DNA from: Alphaproteobacteria bacterium
GTDB lineage: Bacteria > Pseudomonadota > Alphaproteobacteria > Futianiales > Futianiaceae
Direction of reading: 5' to 3'
Assembly: GCA_033844555.1 (NCBI GenBank)
Contig: JAJLJT010000095.1
Span: 1-47,999 of the forward strand
Length of the DNA stretch: 47,999 nt
Position numbers and translations under genes: made by a program. Under the pieces are notes generated by a model. That model saw nothing but the letters and a program-made list of their open reading frames with translations, did no database searches and was not told the origin of the DNA. Below, in pieces: positions 31,593 to 41,067 of the stretch (the first letter of the stretch is position 1; each line of letters begins with the position of its first letter).

Positions 31593-33017
31593 CTACCGCG
31601 GCAATCCCTGGATTCGCCCGCCTGCGTAATCGTCGGCGCCGGCCAGGATGGCCGTCCGCGCAAGCGCGATCAGCTCGTCGACCTCGGCATGGCTGATGAC
31701 GAAGGGGGGCGACAGGATCAGCGTATCGCCGACCGCGCGCATGATCAGCCCGTTGGCGGTCGCGTGGTTCCGCACGGCAAGTCCCATGCGGCCCAGCGGG
31801 TCGAAGAACCGCCGCGGCTCCGTCTCCCGCACGAGTTCGATCGCGCCGAGCAGGCCGACCCCCCGGATCTCGCCGACGTGCGGCAGGCCGGACAGCGTTC
31901 GCAGCTTCTCCTGGAAATAGGGGCCGATGTCGTCGCGGACCCGTTCGACGAGGCCCTCGCGCTCGATCACCTCCAGATTGGCGAGTGCGACCGCCGCGGT
32001 CACGGGATGGCCGGAGTAGGTGTAGCCGTGCGCGACCTCCGTCCCCGCGTTGCGGATCGCGTCGGCGATCTTCGGACCCATCACGGTGGCCGACATGGGC
32101 ACGTAACCCGACGTCAGCCCCTTGGCCATGGTCATGATGTCGGGCTGAATTCCAAAGAGCTGCGCGCCGAACCAGTGACCCGTCCGCCCGAAGCCGGAGA
32201 CGACCTCGTCCGCGATCAGCAGGATGTCATGCTCGGCGCACAGCCGCTGCACCTCGGGCCAATAGGTGTCCGGCGGGATCAAAAGGCCGCCCGCGCCCTG
32301 GATCGGCTCGGCGATCATGGTGCCGATCTTGCCCGGCCCCGCAGCCTCGATGGCCTTCTCGATCTGGCGTGCGGCCTCCAGTCCGAATTCCTCCGGCGAC
32401 ATGCCGCTCTCGATGCCGGGGCCATACCAGTAGGGCGCCATCATCCGCAGGGTCGGTATGACCGGATTTCCGAACTGCGCGTACATCGGCTCCAGCCCGG
32501 AGACGCTGGCGGCGGCAAGCGTCACGCCATGGTAGGCCCGCGCCCGCGCAACCACCCAGGTCCGGTTCGGCTCGCCCCGCGACGCCCAGTAGAACCGCGC
32601 CATCTTCAGGGCGGTGTCATTGGCCTCCGACCCCGATCCGGCGAACATGACATAGTCGAGCCCCTCGGGCGTCTTCTCGGCGATCCGGGCCGCAAGTTCC
32701 GTCGCGTAGGGGTGGCTGCACTGGAAGAAGGTATTGTAGTAGCTGAGGTCGCGCATGACCCTGGCCGCCGCCTCGACCAGTTCCTCCCGGCCATACCCGA
32801 CCTGCACGCACCACAGCCCGGCCATACCGTCGAGGTAGCGCCGTCCCTCGGAATCCCAGAGGTAGCAGCCCCTGGCGCGGGTGAATATCCGTGCGCCCTG
32901 CGCCGCCAGCGCGGCCTGATCGCTGAACGGATGCATATGGTGGCGCGCGTCGAGTGCGCGCAGGCGCGCGGTTTCCTGGGGCGTCAGGACAGTGTCGTTG
33001 GGAGGCGTGACGGGCAT
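31593..33017 (-). CDS. Class III (omega-amine) aminotransferase, SpuC-like
   Basis: HPFS, DGMAGLWC, SGSEAND, AYHG, EPIQGAGG, DEVVSGFGRTG, AKGLTSGY and HGYTYSGHP. Confidence 0.92.
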   Translation of the reverse strand: MPVTPPNDTVLTPQETARLRALDARHHMHPFSDQAALAAQGARIFTRARGCYLWDSEGRRYLDGMAGLWCVQVGYGREELVEAAARVMRDLSYYNTFFQCSHPYATELAARIAEKTPEGLDYVMFAGSGSEANDTALKMARFYWASRGEPNRTWVVARARAYHGVTLAAASVSGLEPMYAQFGNPVIPTLRMMAPYWYGPGIESGMSPEEFGLEAARQIEKAIEAAGPGKIGTMIAEPIQGAGGLLIPPDTYWPEVQRLCAEHDILLIADEVVSGFGRTGHWFGAQLFGIQPDIMTMAKGLTSGYVPMSATVMGPKIADAIRNAGTEVAHGYTYSGHPVTAAVALANLEVIEREGLVERVRDDIGPYFQEKLRTLSGLPHVGEIRGVGLLGAIELVRETEPRRFFDPLGRMGLAVRNHATANGLIMRAVGDTLILSPPFVISHAEVDELIALARTAILAGADDYAGGRIQGLPR

Positions 33018-33246
33018 CGGGCTACTCCGGGCCGGACAGACGAAGACATGCGCCAAGGCGCGCGCGGTACGCGACGGGAAGCGGCCCTCAGGGATTGTAG
33101 CCGATGCGCGCGCACAGGATCATCAGCACGCGTTTGCCGCGTACACGCGTCAGGCGAACGTTGAAGGGTCCGTGCGACATGCGCGAAAGCATAGCGCAGG
33201 CTTTCGCCGCCGCGCCAGACCCAGTCGCGGCCGCGCGCGAGGCACG

Positions 33247-33930
33247 TCAGGGATTGAGGCGGTAGCCGCCTTCCTCGGTAATCAGCAGCCGTGCGTTCGA
33301 CGGGTCTGTCTCGATCTTCTGACGCAGCCGGTAGATATGGGTTTCCAGGGTGTGCGTCGTGACGGCGGCATTGTAGCCCCAGACCTCGGCCAGCAGGATG
33401 TCGCGGCTGACGGGCCTGCCGGCGCGGTAGAGAAACCGCAGGATGGACGTTTCCTTGTCCGTCAGGCGGACCTTGCCCTTGCCATCCTCGGTCACGAGAA
33501 GCTTTTGGGCCGGCTTGAAGGTGTAGGGCCCGATAGGGAAGACCGCGTCCTCCGACGTCTCGTGCTGGCGGAGCTGTGCGCGGATCCGCGCCAGCAGGAC
33601 GCCGAAGCGGAAGGGCTTGGTCACATAATCGTTCGCTCCGGATTCGAGGCCGAGAATCGTGTCCGCGTCGGAGTCCGCGCCGGTCAGCATGATGATCGGA
33701 GCCCGCACCCCGGCCCGGCGCATGAGTTTGCAGACCTCGCGGCCGTCCATGTCGGGCAGTCCGACGTCGAGCAGGATGAGGTCGACATGATTGGCCTTCG
33801 CCCATGCCAATGCCTCGTGTCCACTGCCGGCCTGGCTCGTCGAGAACTCGTCATGCAGGTCGAGTTGCTCGGCCAGTTGCTCCCGCAGGTTCGCCTCGTC
33901 GTCGACAAGCAACAGCTTGCGTGCGGTCAT
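33247..33930 (-). CDS. OmpR-family response regulator (no adjacent kinase)
   Basis: LLVDDE, LDVGLPDMDG, GANDYVTKPF and the winged helix THTLETHIYRLRQKIE. Confidence 0.95.
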   Translation of the reverse strand: MTARKLLLVDDEANLREQLAEQLDLHDEFSTSQAGSGHEALAWAKANHVDLILLDVGLPDMDGREVCKLMRRAGVRAPIIMLTGADSDADTILGLESGANDYVTKPFRFGVLLARIRAQLRQHETSEDAVFPIGPYTFKPAQKLLVTEDGKGKVRLTDKETSILRFLYRAGRPVSRDILLAEVWGYNAAVTTHTLETHIYRLRQKIETDPSNARLLITEEGGYRLNP

Positions 33931-34056
33931 TCCGTTTGGCCCCCGCCCGTTGACAGCCATTCGCGCGATTCATGCGCCGCGTCCAAAGATGATCTATTAT
34001 AACAAACCTGCTTTCGCCACGCGCAGCGGCAATTCAAGGCCAAGGATGTTCCGTGC

Positions 34057-35160
34057 ATGAGTGACCGTTTCAAGCCCACCGCGATTGCCCGTGCCGAGCG
34101 GGCGGGCGCCGATCTGCGCCGCGGACTGCCTGTCATTCTGAATGAGGCGGGCGGGGATTTCCTGGTGCTCGCGGCCGAGAAAGCCGACGCGGACACGCTG
34201 TCACTTCTGCGTGAGCGTCCCGGCAGGGTGCACCTTGCGCTGACGCCCGAGCGTGCCGACACCCTCAAGATCCGCCGCTACAGCGAAGGCGCGATCCTCG
34301 TGCCCGTTACGCCGTCCATGGGGCTGGAAGACGTGATCGCCGCGGTCGACCCTGCCGACGACCTCGATCATCCGCTGAAGGGTCCCTATCTCGCCGAACG
34401 CGAGCCGGGTGCCGCCCGCGATGCAGCCGTCTCGGGTTTTGCCCTGGCGAAACGCGCGCGTCTCTTGCCTGCCCTGCTGCTGCAGCCCATCGCGACGGAC
34501 GATCCGCTGCGGGCGGACCTTCTCACGGTGAGCGCGGCTGACATCGCGGGGGCGGCGCGCGAGGATTGGGAGGGGCTGGAGCGCGTCGTTTCGGCACGCC
34601 TGCCGCTCGATGCGGCGGAAAGCGCCCGTATCGTGGCCTTCCGGCCCCGCGGCAGCGCGGCGCAGGAGCATTTCGCCATCGTCGTGGGCGAGATCGACGC
34701 CAGCAAGCCTGTCCTTGTTCGCCTGCATTCGGAATGCTTCACCGGAGATCTTCTTGGCTCGCTGAAGTGCGATTGCGGTCCCCAGTTGCGCGGTGCGCTG
34801 GCGCGGATCGGGCGCGAGGGGGCGGGCATCGTCCTCTACCTTGCCCAGGAGGGACGCGGCATCGGTCTTCTCAACAAGCTGCGCGCCTATCATCTGCAGG
34901 ATCAGGGCTTCGATACGGTGGAGGCGAATGTCCGCCTTGGCTTCGGCATTGACGAGCGGCACTTCGCGCTGGCCGCGCGGATGCTGCGCGATCTCGGCGT
35001 ATCCCGGGTGCGACTGCTGACCAACAATCCCGACAAGGTCGCGGGGCTGGAGGCAGAGGACATCGCGGTCGAGGGTCGTGTGCCGCTCGTCTTCACGCCC
35101 AATCCGCACAATGAGGACTATCTGCGTACCAAGGCGCTGAAGACGGGGCATCTCTTCTGA
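34057..35160 (+). CDS. ribA: GTP cyclohydrolase II with N-terminal extension
   Basis: RLHSECFTGDLLGSLKCDCG (Zn ligands), QEGRGIGLLNK and LTNNPDK. Confidence 0.93.
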   Translation: MSDRFKPTAIARAERAGADLRRGLPVILNEAGGDFLVLAAEKADADTLSLLRERPGRVHLALTPERADTLKIRRYSEGAILVPVTPSMGLEDVIAAVDPADDLDHPLKGPYLAEREPGAARDAAVSGFALAKRARLLPALLLQPIATDDPLRADLLTVSAADIAGAAREDWEGLERVVSARLPLDAAESARIVAFRPRGSAAQEHFAIVVGEIDASKPVLVRLHSECFTGDLLGSLKCDCGPQLRGALARIGREGAGIVLYLAQEGRGIGLLNKLRAYHLQDQGFDTVEANVRLGFGIDERHFALAARMLRDLGVSRVRLLTNNPDKVAGLEAEDIAVEGRVPLVFTPNPHNEDYLRTKALKTGHLF

Positions 35161-35660
35161 TGCGGCTGGTGGTCACGCCGGACGGCCATGCGCGCTTCGG
35201 ATCGTGGCAGATGTGCTGTGCGCTGGGCCGTGGAGGGGTCGTGCGGGACAAGCGCGAGGGCGACGGGGCGACGCCTGCGGGCATCGTGCATCCGGTGGCC
35301 CTCCTCTACCGGTCGGGCCGGGTCTTGCCGCCGGCGACGGCGCTCCCGCTGACCCCGATCCGTCCGGGCGACGGCTGGTGCGACGCGCCCGGAGATCCGG
35401 CCTACAACGGACCTGTGCGCCATCCCTACCGGGCGAGCGCCGAACACCTCTGGCGCGCCGATCATCTGTACGATCTCGTTGTGGTGACCGACCATAATCG
35501 CGACCCGGCCATACCGGGCGCGGGCAGCGCGGTGTTCCTGCATCTTGCCCGGTCCGGCTACGCGCCGACCGAGGGATGCATCGCGTTTGCACGCGCGGAT
35601 TTCAGGCGGCTCGTGTCACGGCTCACGCCGGCTACCGAAATCGAGGTTCTTCCGGAGTAG
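35160..35660 (+). CDS. L,D-transpeptidase (YkuD-like) family protein
   Basis: KREGDGATP, WCDAP, GSAVFLH and TEGCIA. TGATG overlap with ribA. Confidence 0.88.
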   Translation: MRLVVTPDGHARFGSWQMCCALGRGGVVRDKREGDGATPAGIVHPVALLYRSGRVLPPATALPLTPIRPGDGWCDAPGDPAYNGPVRHPYRASAEHLWRADHLYDLVVVTDHNRDPAIPGAGSAVFLHLARSGYAPTEGCIAFARADFRRLVSRLTPATEIEVLPE

Positions 35661-35673
35661 GGCGGGCGGGGGC

Positions 35674-36045
35674 CTACCGGCCCTCCCGGGTCAGGCCGCG
35701 CTCGGCGATCTTCTCGAGATAGGTGGACCAGAGCCGGTCGCGCTCCCGGTCGAGTTCCAGCAGGTAATCCCAACTGAAGATGCCCGTGTCGTGCCCGTCG
35801 TCGAACAGGATGCGGATGGCATAGTTGCCAACGGGCTCGATACCGGTGATGCCCACGTCCTTCTTGCCGCCGATCCACTGTCGCTGGCTGGCGCTGTGGC
35901 CCTTCACCTCCGCGCTTGGGCTTTCCACGCGCAGGTATTCGGCGGTGTATTCGCGCTCGACCGTATCGCTGAACAGGACGACCAGGGTCCGGGATGCCCG
36001 GTCATACCGGATTTCCTCCGGGTAGATCTCGTCCTCGCCGGTCAT
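35674..36045 (-). CDS. DUF971 / GBBH-like N-terminal domain protein
   Basis: [19 protein letters not shown] and [12 protein letters not shown]. Confidence 0.88.
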   Translation of the reverse strand: MTGEDEIYPEEIRYDRASRTLVVLFSDTVEREYTAEYLRVESPSAEVKGHSASQRQWIGGKKDVGITGIEPVGNYAIRILFDDGHDTGIFSWDYLLELDRERDRLWSTYLEKIAERGLTREGR

Positions 36046-36245
36046 CGCGGAACCCCCGCATCGTCCAGCGTCTCCGCCTCGTCGGGCAGGAGAATCGGAA
36101 TGCCGTCGCGGATCGGGAAGGCGAGGCCCGCCCGCCGGCTGATCAGGCGCTGGCCCTCCCGGTCATACTCGAGCGGCCCCTTGGTCAGCGGGCAGACGAG
36201 AATCTCCAGCAGCTTCGGGTCCACCTGGTGCGTACGTTCGGTCAT
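36042..36245 (-). CDS. Trm112/YcaR family protein
   Basis: [11 protein letters not shown] and [11 protein letters not shown]. Confidence 0.92.
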   Translation of the reverse strand: MTERTHQVDPKLLEILVCPLTKGPLEYDREGQRLISRRAGLAFPIRDGIPILLPDEAETLDDAGVPR

Positions 36246-36260
36246 CGGGCGTCGCCTGTC

Positions 36261-36938
36261 CTAGTTCATGCCGCCGGCCTGTCCTGCGGCCGCCAGTTCG
36301 AGCAGGGCCAACAACGCGTCGGCGCGCTCGGTCAGACCGGGCGCCTGGAGCAGCGCCTGTTTCTCCTGTGGCTCGAAAGGCAGCAGCATGGCAAGCGTGT
36401 TCACGAGAGACTCCGCCGGCGCGCCTTCGATCGATCCCCAGTCGGCGTCCAGCTTGTTGGCGACGAGGTAGGCATTCAGCGCTTTCAGAAAGCGCGGCCG
36501 GTCAAGAATATCGCCGCTGTCTTCGGCGAGGTCCCGCACGAAATCGCCATACTCCGGTATGACCTGCCGGTAGGGCGTGGCCGCTTCCGGCTCGTCCCCG
36601 ATCCGGAAGCGGCAGATGCCGGTCAGGGTGATCAGGTAGCGCCCGTCGCCCGTCTCGGAGAACTGGGTGATCCGGCCGAGGCAGCCGACGCGGTAGAGAT
36701 CCGGTGCCGGGCCGCCGGTGGCGGGGCAGGGCGAGGGCTGGACCATCGCAATGGTGCGCTCGCCCGCCAGCGCATCATTGACCATCGCGAGATAGCGCGG
36801 CTCGAATATGTTGAGCGGCAGCCGTCCGCGCGGCAGCAGGAGCGCCCCCGCCAGCGGGAAAATGGGCACCAGACCCGGCAGGTCCGCGACCGTGCGGTAG
36901 GTCTCGGCCCGCCTCTGTCCCTGCCGCGCCCCGCTCAT
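36261..36938 (-). CDS. LON peptidase substrate-binding domain protein
   Basis: PIFPL, LPLNIFEPRYLAM, DGRYLITLTG and EKQALL. Confidence 0.92.
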   Translation of the reverse strand: MSGARQGQRRAETYRTVADLPGLVPIFPLAGALLLPRGRLPLNIFEPRYLAMVNDALAGERTIAMVQPSPCPATGGPAPDLYRVGCLGRITQFSETGDGRYLITLTGICRFRIGDEPEAATPYRQVIPEYGDFVRDLAEDSGDILDRPRFLKALNAYLVANKLDADWGSIEGAPAESLVNTLAMLLPFEPQEKQALLQAPGLTERADALLALLELAAAGQAGGMN

Positions 36939-37876
36939 CACGCAAACAGAATCGAGGAGAGCCGCATCCGGCCCTTGTGGGTGAGGGGGTCTTTCGGACC
37001 GAACGCCTCGAACAGCTCCAGCAGCCTGGCCCGTGCCGCGCCCTCGTTCCATTCGCGGTCGCGGCGCACGATCTCGAGCAGGTGATTGATCGCGTCCTCC
37101 CGGTCTCCGAGCGCCAGCAGCGCGGTCGCAAGATCGAAGCGGGCGCCGTGGTCGTTCGGATCGGCTTCGACGCGGGCCGCAAGTTCGCGCGGGTCCCCCG
37201 CCTTCCCCGCCTGCTCGGCGAGGTCGAGGGCCGTCTTGGCGCTCTGGATCGCCGGATCGGTCGCGGCTTCCGCCGGTGCCATGTCGAGTATCTCGCGGGC
37301 GCGATCCGGCTGGTCGAGTTTCAGGTAGCACTTCGCCAGGCCGCCGATGGCGCGGATGTTCTGCGGGTCGTGTTGCAGCACGCGTGCGAACAATTGAGCC
37401 GCTTGCTCCGGCTGGGCGGGCGCGGCGGCCTCCGCGGCATCGAGCGCCTGCTCCACCGGGTCGGGACCTGCGGGACCGACGAGGCTGTCGATGAACGCCT
37501 TCACCTGGCTTTCCGGCAGCGCCCCCATGAAGCCATCGACCGGTTGGCCGTTCTGGAAGGCATAGACGGCCGGGATCGACTGGATGCGCATCTGCTGCGC
37601 CAGCATCTGGTTCTCGTCGATGTTGACCTTCACGAGCCGGACCTTGCCGCCGGCCTGTTTGACCACCTTTTCCAATACGGGGGTCAACTGCTTGCAGGGC
37701 CCGCACCAGGGGGCCCAGAAATCGACCAGCACGACAGCCTCCTTCGAGGCTTCGAGCACGTCGCGCGCAAACGTCTCGACGGTCGCGTCCGTAATCAGAG
37801 CGGCGGCGCCCGCCGCCTCGCTGCCTTGCCCGCCGTCGCGTTGTCCGCTGAAGCCGCCGCCGAATGAGAGTGCCAT
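36938..37876 (-). CDS. cnoX: Thioredoxin-TPR chaperedoxin CnoX/YbbN
   Basis: VDFWAPWCGPCK thioredoxin domain followed by TPR-like helices and a C-terminal LSSILF. Confidence 0.88.
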   Translation of the reverse strand: MALSFGGGFSGQRDGGQGSEAAGAAALITDATVETFARDVLEASKEAVVLVDFWAPWCGPCKQLTPVLEKVVKQAGGKVRLVKVNIDENQMLAQQMRIQSIPAVYAFQNGQPVDGFMGALPESQVKAFIDSLVGPAGPDPVEQALDAAEAAAPAQPEQAAQLFARVLQHDPQNIRAIGGLAKCYLKLDQPDRAREILDMAPAEAATDPAIQSAKTALDLAEQAGKAGDPRELAARVEADPNDHGARFDLATALLALGDREDAINHLLEIVRRDREWNEGAARARLLELFEAFGPKDPLTHKGRMRLSSILFA

Positions 37877-37907
37877 TCCCGTCTCTCCGTAGTCCGTTCG
37901 TTGTGAA

Positions 37908-37936
37908 AGATGGGGCGCGGTGCTTGGCCTGCCAAG
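37908..37936 (-). promoter_or_regulatory. sigma32 (RpoH)-type promoter of the cnoX operon
   Basis: Minus strand reads CTTG-N17-CCCCATCT about 30 nt upstream of the ATG. Confidence 0.7.
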
Positions 37937-37950
37937 GCGCCCGTGGCCGA

Positions 37951-38475
37951 TCAGTCCGTCTCCGCGTCCTTCAGGCTCATGATCCGCGGCGGGTGGCCGG
38001 TCGCCTCCACGAAGCGGACGAGGTCGCCCGCCGCCATGGTCAGCGTGGCTTCGTTGTGAAGCGGGTGCACATTGACCGTTCCCTGCGCCAGCAGATCGGC
38101 ATCGAGCACGAGGTCCACAAGACCGCTCGTGTCGTTGACCACTGCCAGCGGCGTGACCGAGCCCGGCCTCACGCCCAGCACCTCTTCCAGCAGTTCCGGC
38201 TTGCCGAACGAGAGGCGCGCCGATCCGATCAGCCGTTCAAGCGCCTTCATGCGGATCGGCCGGTCTTCCAGGGTCGTCACGAGGTAGATGCGGTCCTTCT
38301 TGTCCTTGAGGAACAGGTTCTTGGTATGGCCCCCGGGTATATCGCCGCGCAGGGCACGGCTGTCCTCCACGGTGAACAGCGGCGGATGAGCGTGCCGGGC
38401 GAAGTTGATGTCCATCGCCTCCAGCCGCGCCAGAAGCGCTTGCTCGTCCAGAGGGGCGGTCCGTTCCGTATCCAT
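37951..38475 (-). CDS. YbaK/ProX-type aminoacyl-tRNA editing protein
   Basis: HPPLFTVE, HTKNLFLKDKK, RLSFG, LGVRPGSVTP and HPLHN. Confidence 0.9.
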   Translation of the reverse strand: MDTERTAPLDEQALLARLEAMDINFARHAHPPLFTVEDSRALRGDIPGGHTKNLFLKDKKDRIYLVTTLEDRPIRMKALERLIGSARLSFGKPELLEEVLGVRPGSVTPLAVVNDTSGLVDLVLDADLLAQGTVNVHPLHNEATLTMAAGDLVRFVEATGHPPRIMSLKDAETD

Positions 38476-38637
38476 GCGCCTGCTCCCGCGCGATCGGTTC
38501 CTCATCGCCGCCGGCAGGGCCTCAGTCCGGCGCGCGGGCGCGACCCTAGTGCGCATCGCGAGGGGAGGAAAGGGGCGACACGCCCTGCGGCGGGGACGGT
38601 GCATGCGCCGCGCGTCGATTTTCCTGCGACAAGGGGC

Positions 38638-38666
38638 TTGCAAGTGCCCTCGGTTTTCGGCATAAC
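38638..38666 (+). promoter_or_regulatory. sigma70-type promoter of tRNA-Gly
   Basis: TTGCAA-N17-CATAAC about 50 nt upstream of the tRNA. Confidence 0.65.
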
Positions 38667-38717
38667 CCCGCCTCGCGCCGGGATACTCCACCGGGGCCGG
38701 CCGGACGACGGTCATGA

Positions 38718-38792
38718 GCGGGCGTAGCTCAGGGGTAGAGCACAACCTTGCCAAGGTTGGGGTCGTGAGTTCGAATCTCATCGCCCGCTCCA
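38718..38792 (+). tRNA. tRNA-Gly (GCC)
   Basis: Acceptor stem GCGGGCG/CGCCCGC, anticodon arm CAACC-TTGCCAA-GGTTG, T-loop TTCGAAT and encoded CCA. Confidence 0.98.
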
Positions 38793-38813
38793 TTCTTTCT
38801 TCCGAAGTTTTCC

Positions 38814-38843
38814 GGGCCGCATCGTTGCGGCCCTTCGCGTTTT
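38814..38843 (+). terminator. Probable terminator after tRNA-Gly
   Basis: Hairpin GGGCCGCA-TCGT-TGCGGCCC followed by an interrupted T tract. Confidence 0.55.
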
Positions 38844-38955
38844 GGGGCAGGTGTTTGCCTTTACGTAACGGCATTTCTGTCTAGATATCATCGAATCATG
38901 AGACACTTCCGGATGAGCGCGCAGGGCGCGCGAATTCGGAACTGCAGGAGCGGCG

Positions 38956-39522
38956 ATGATCTTTCCGCGCAAACGGGTGCATCAGGTAGCGGCGCTTCCC
39001 TTCGTCTGCTTCGGCGACGAGGTCGAGGTGCTGCTCGTCACCTCGCGCAGGCGCGGCCGTTGGGTGCTTCCGAAGGGATGGACGTCCGCGCGTCTGGGTG
39101 CGCCCGCCTCTGCGGCGCGGGAGGCGCGGCAGGAAGCGGGTGCGATCGGTCTGGTCGCCGAAACCCCGATCGGCAGCTATGCCTATGAAAAGGCGATGCG
39201 GCAGGGCTATGCAGTGCCGGCCAACGTCGGGGTCTACCCCCTGCTCGTGACGGAGCAGCGCCTGAAATGGCGGGAGCGGGACCAGCGAAAGATGCGCTGG
39301 GTGCCGCTTGCGGACGCGGCCCGCATGGTCGATGACGCGGAACTGCGGGAACTGTTGTCGCGGCTGGTTCCCGATGCGGCCCGGCGCCTGCGGGCGCACA
39401 TGACTGTCACGGCTCCAACAGCACCGGCACCGGTTCGAGGCCGGGGCGCCATCGCCTCCGTACTTGACTTTCTGGGCCTGGACGTGACCCCTTCCGCTGG
39501 AACGACGACCGGCAGGAAGTAA
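38956..39522 (+). CDS. Nudix hydrolase (DIPP/Ddp1-like)
   Basis: QVAALP, VLLVTSR, WVLPKGW and AAREARQEAG. AGGAG RBS. Confidence 0.85.
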   Translation: MIFPRKRVHQVAALPFVCFGDEVEVLLVTSRRRGRWVLPKGWTSARLGAPASAAREARQEAGAIGLVAETPIGSYAYEKAMRQGYAVPANVGVYPLLVTEQRLKWRERDQRKMRWVPLADAARMVDDAELRELLSRLVPDAARRLRAHMTVTAPTAPAPVRGRGAIASVLDFLGLDVTPSAGTTTGRK

Positions 39523-39534
39523 TCGGGGCCTGTC

Positions 39535-41067
39535 TTGAGCACCACGCATCATGAACCGCGGCGCGACGGCGCCCGCGATCCCGGGGACGCATTGAAGAAG
39601 CCGTCGCTCGACAAGGACCTCGAGAAGCTGGTTCATGTCGAAGCCGCGACGCGCACGCTTGCGGGCACCTTCGCCGCGCCTGCCCTGGCACTCCTCTTCC
39701 TTGGCTGTTCGGGCGTGCTCGCGGGCGTCTACTCCGGCGTCAGCACCGATGCCGCGCTCGTCATCTTCGCCGCCATTCTCGGCGGCTACATGGCGCTCAA
39801 CATCGGCGCGAACGACGTTGCCAACAATGTCGGCCCCGCCGTCGGTGCCCGTGCGCTGACCATGACCGGCGCGCTGCTGATCGCGGCCGTATTCGAGAGC
39901 GCGGGCGCGCTTCTTGCCGGGGGCGACGTGGTTTCGACCATCTCCAAGGGGATCATCGACCCGGCGCGGGTCGCGGACGGCCAGACCTTCATCTGGGCCA
40001 TGATGGCGGCGCTCGTTTCCTCGGCGCTCTGGGTCAATCTCGCCACCTGGATCGGCGCGCCCGTGTCGACGACGCATGCGGTTGTGGGCGGTGTCGCGGG
40101 CGCCGGAATCGCGGCTGCCGGCTGGGGCCTGGTCAACTGGCCCACCATGGGCGCGATCGCGGCAAGCTGGGTCGTCTCGCCGGTTCTGGGTGGCGTGATC
40201 GCGGCGCTGTTTCTTGCCTTCATCAAGGTCAACCTGATCTATCGCGAGGACAAGATCGCGGCGGCGCGCAAGTGGATCCCGCTGCTCGTGGCGATCATGG
40301 CGGGGGCGTTCGCCTGGTACCTGTCGATCAAGGGGTTCAAGAAGATCTGGCGGCCGGACGCTGCGACGATCACGCTGGTGACGCTCGGCACCTTCGCGGG
40401 GGTCTGGGCGCTGATGCGGCCGCTGATCCGGCGGCAGTCGGAGGGGATGGAGAACCGCAACCAGTCGCTCCGCCGGCTGTTCCGGATTCCCCTGATCTTT
40501 TCGGCAGCGCTCCTGTCCTTCGCGCACGGGGCGAACGATGTGGCGAACGCGGTCGCCCCGCTGGCCGCGATCCTGCACAGCGTCCAGTTCGGCGACGTGG
40601 CGGCCAAGGTCGCAATCCCGATGTGGGTGATGCTGATCGGTGCATTCGGCATCAGCCTCGGCCTGTTCCTCTACGGTCCGAAGCTGATCCGCATGGTCGG
40701 GGGGCAAATCACCAAGATGAACCCGATGCGGGCCTATTGCGTTGCGCTGTCCGCGGCGGTCACGGTGATCCTCGCCTCCTGGCTTGGCCTGCCGGTCAGT
40801 TCCACGCATATCGCTGTCGGCGCGGTTTTCGGCGTGGGCTTCTTCCGCGAATACTATACCCGCCGCAGCAAGCGCCGGCGGGACCTTGTCCGCCGAAATT
40901 CAGACCCGCTGCCGGACATGCCCGACGACGAGATGATGAGCCGCAAGCTCGTGCGCCGTGCGCACTTCCTGACGGTCGTCGCGGCATGGGTGGTCACGGT
41001 GCCCGCCTCTGCGCTTCTGGCCGCGGCGGTGTTCTGGGCGCTGAGCGCCCTCGTTCCGGCGTTCTAG
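39535..41067 (+). CDS. pit: Inorganic phosphate transporter, PiT family
   Basis: Two GANDVAN signatures, PVSTTH and PVSSTH. TTG start. Confidence 0.93.
   Translation: MSTTHHEPRRDGARDPGDALKKPSLDKDLEKLVHVEAATRTLAGTFAAPALALLFLGCSGVLAGVYSGVSTDAALVIFAAILGGYMALNIGANDVANNVGPAVGARALTMTGALLIAAVFESAGALLAGGDVVSTISKGIIDPARVADGQTFIWAMMAALVSSALWVNLATWIGAPVSTTHAVVGGVAGAGIAAAGWGLVNWPTMGAIAASWVVSPVLGGVIAALFLAFIKVNLIYREDKIAAARKWIPLLVAIMAGAFAWYLSIKGFKKIWRPDAATITLVTLGTFAGVWALMRPLIRRQSEGMENRNQSLRRLFRIPLIFSAALLSFAHGANDVANAVAPLAAILHSVQFGDVAAKVAIPMWVMLIGAFGISLGLFLYGPKLIRMVGGQITKMNPMRAYCVALSAAVTVILASWLGLPVSSTHIAVGAVFGVGFFREYYTRRSKRRRDLVRRNSDPLPDMPDDEMMSRKLVRRAHFLTVVAAWVVTVPASALLAAAVFWALSALVPAF

Noticed and set aside
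38860-38910. Pho box upstream of Nudix-pit
   Set aside because: The region is AT-rich with an imperfect TGTCT...AGACA dyad, but has no convincing 11-bp-spaced GTCA(T/C) repeats.
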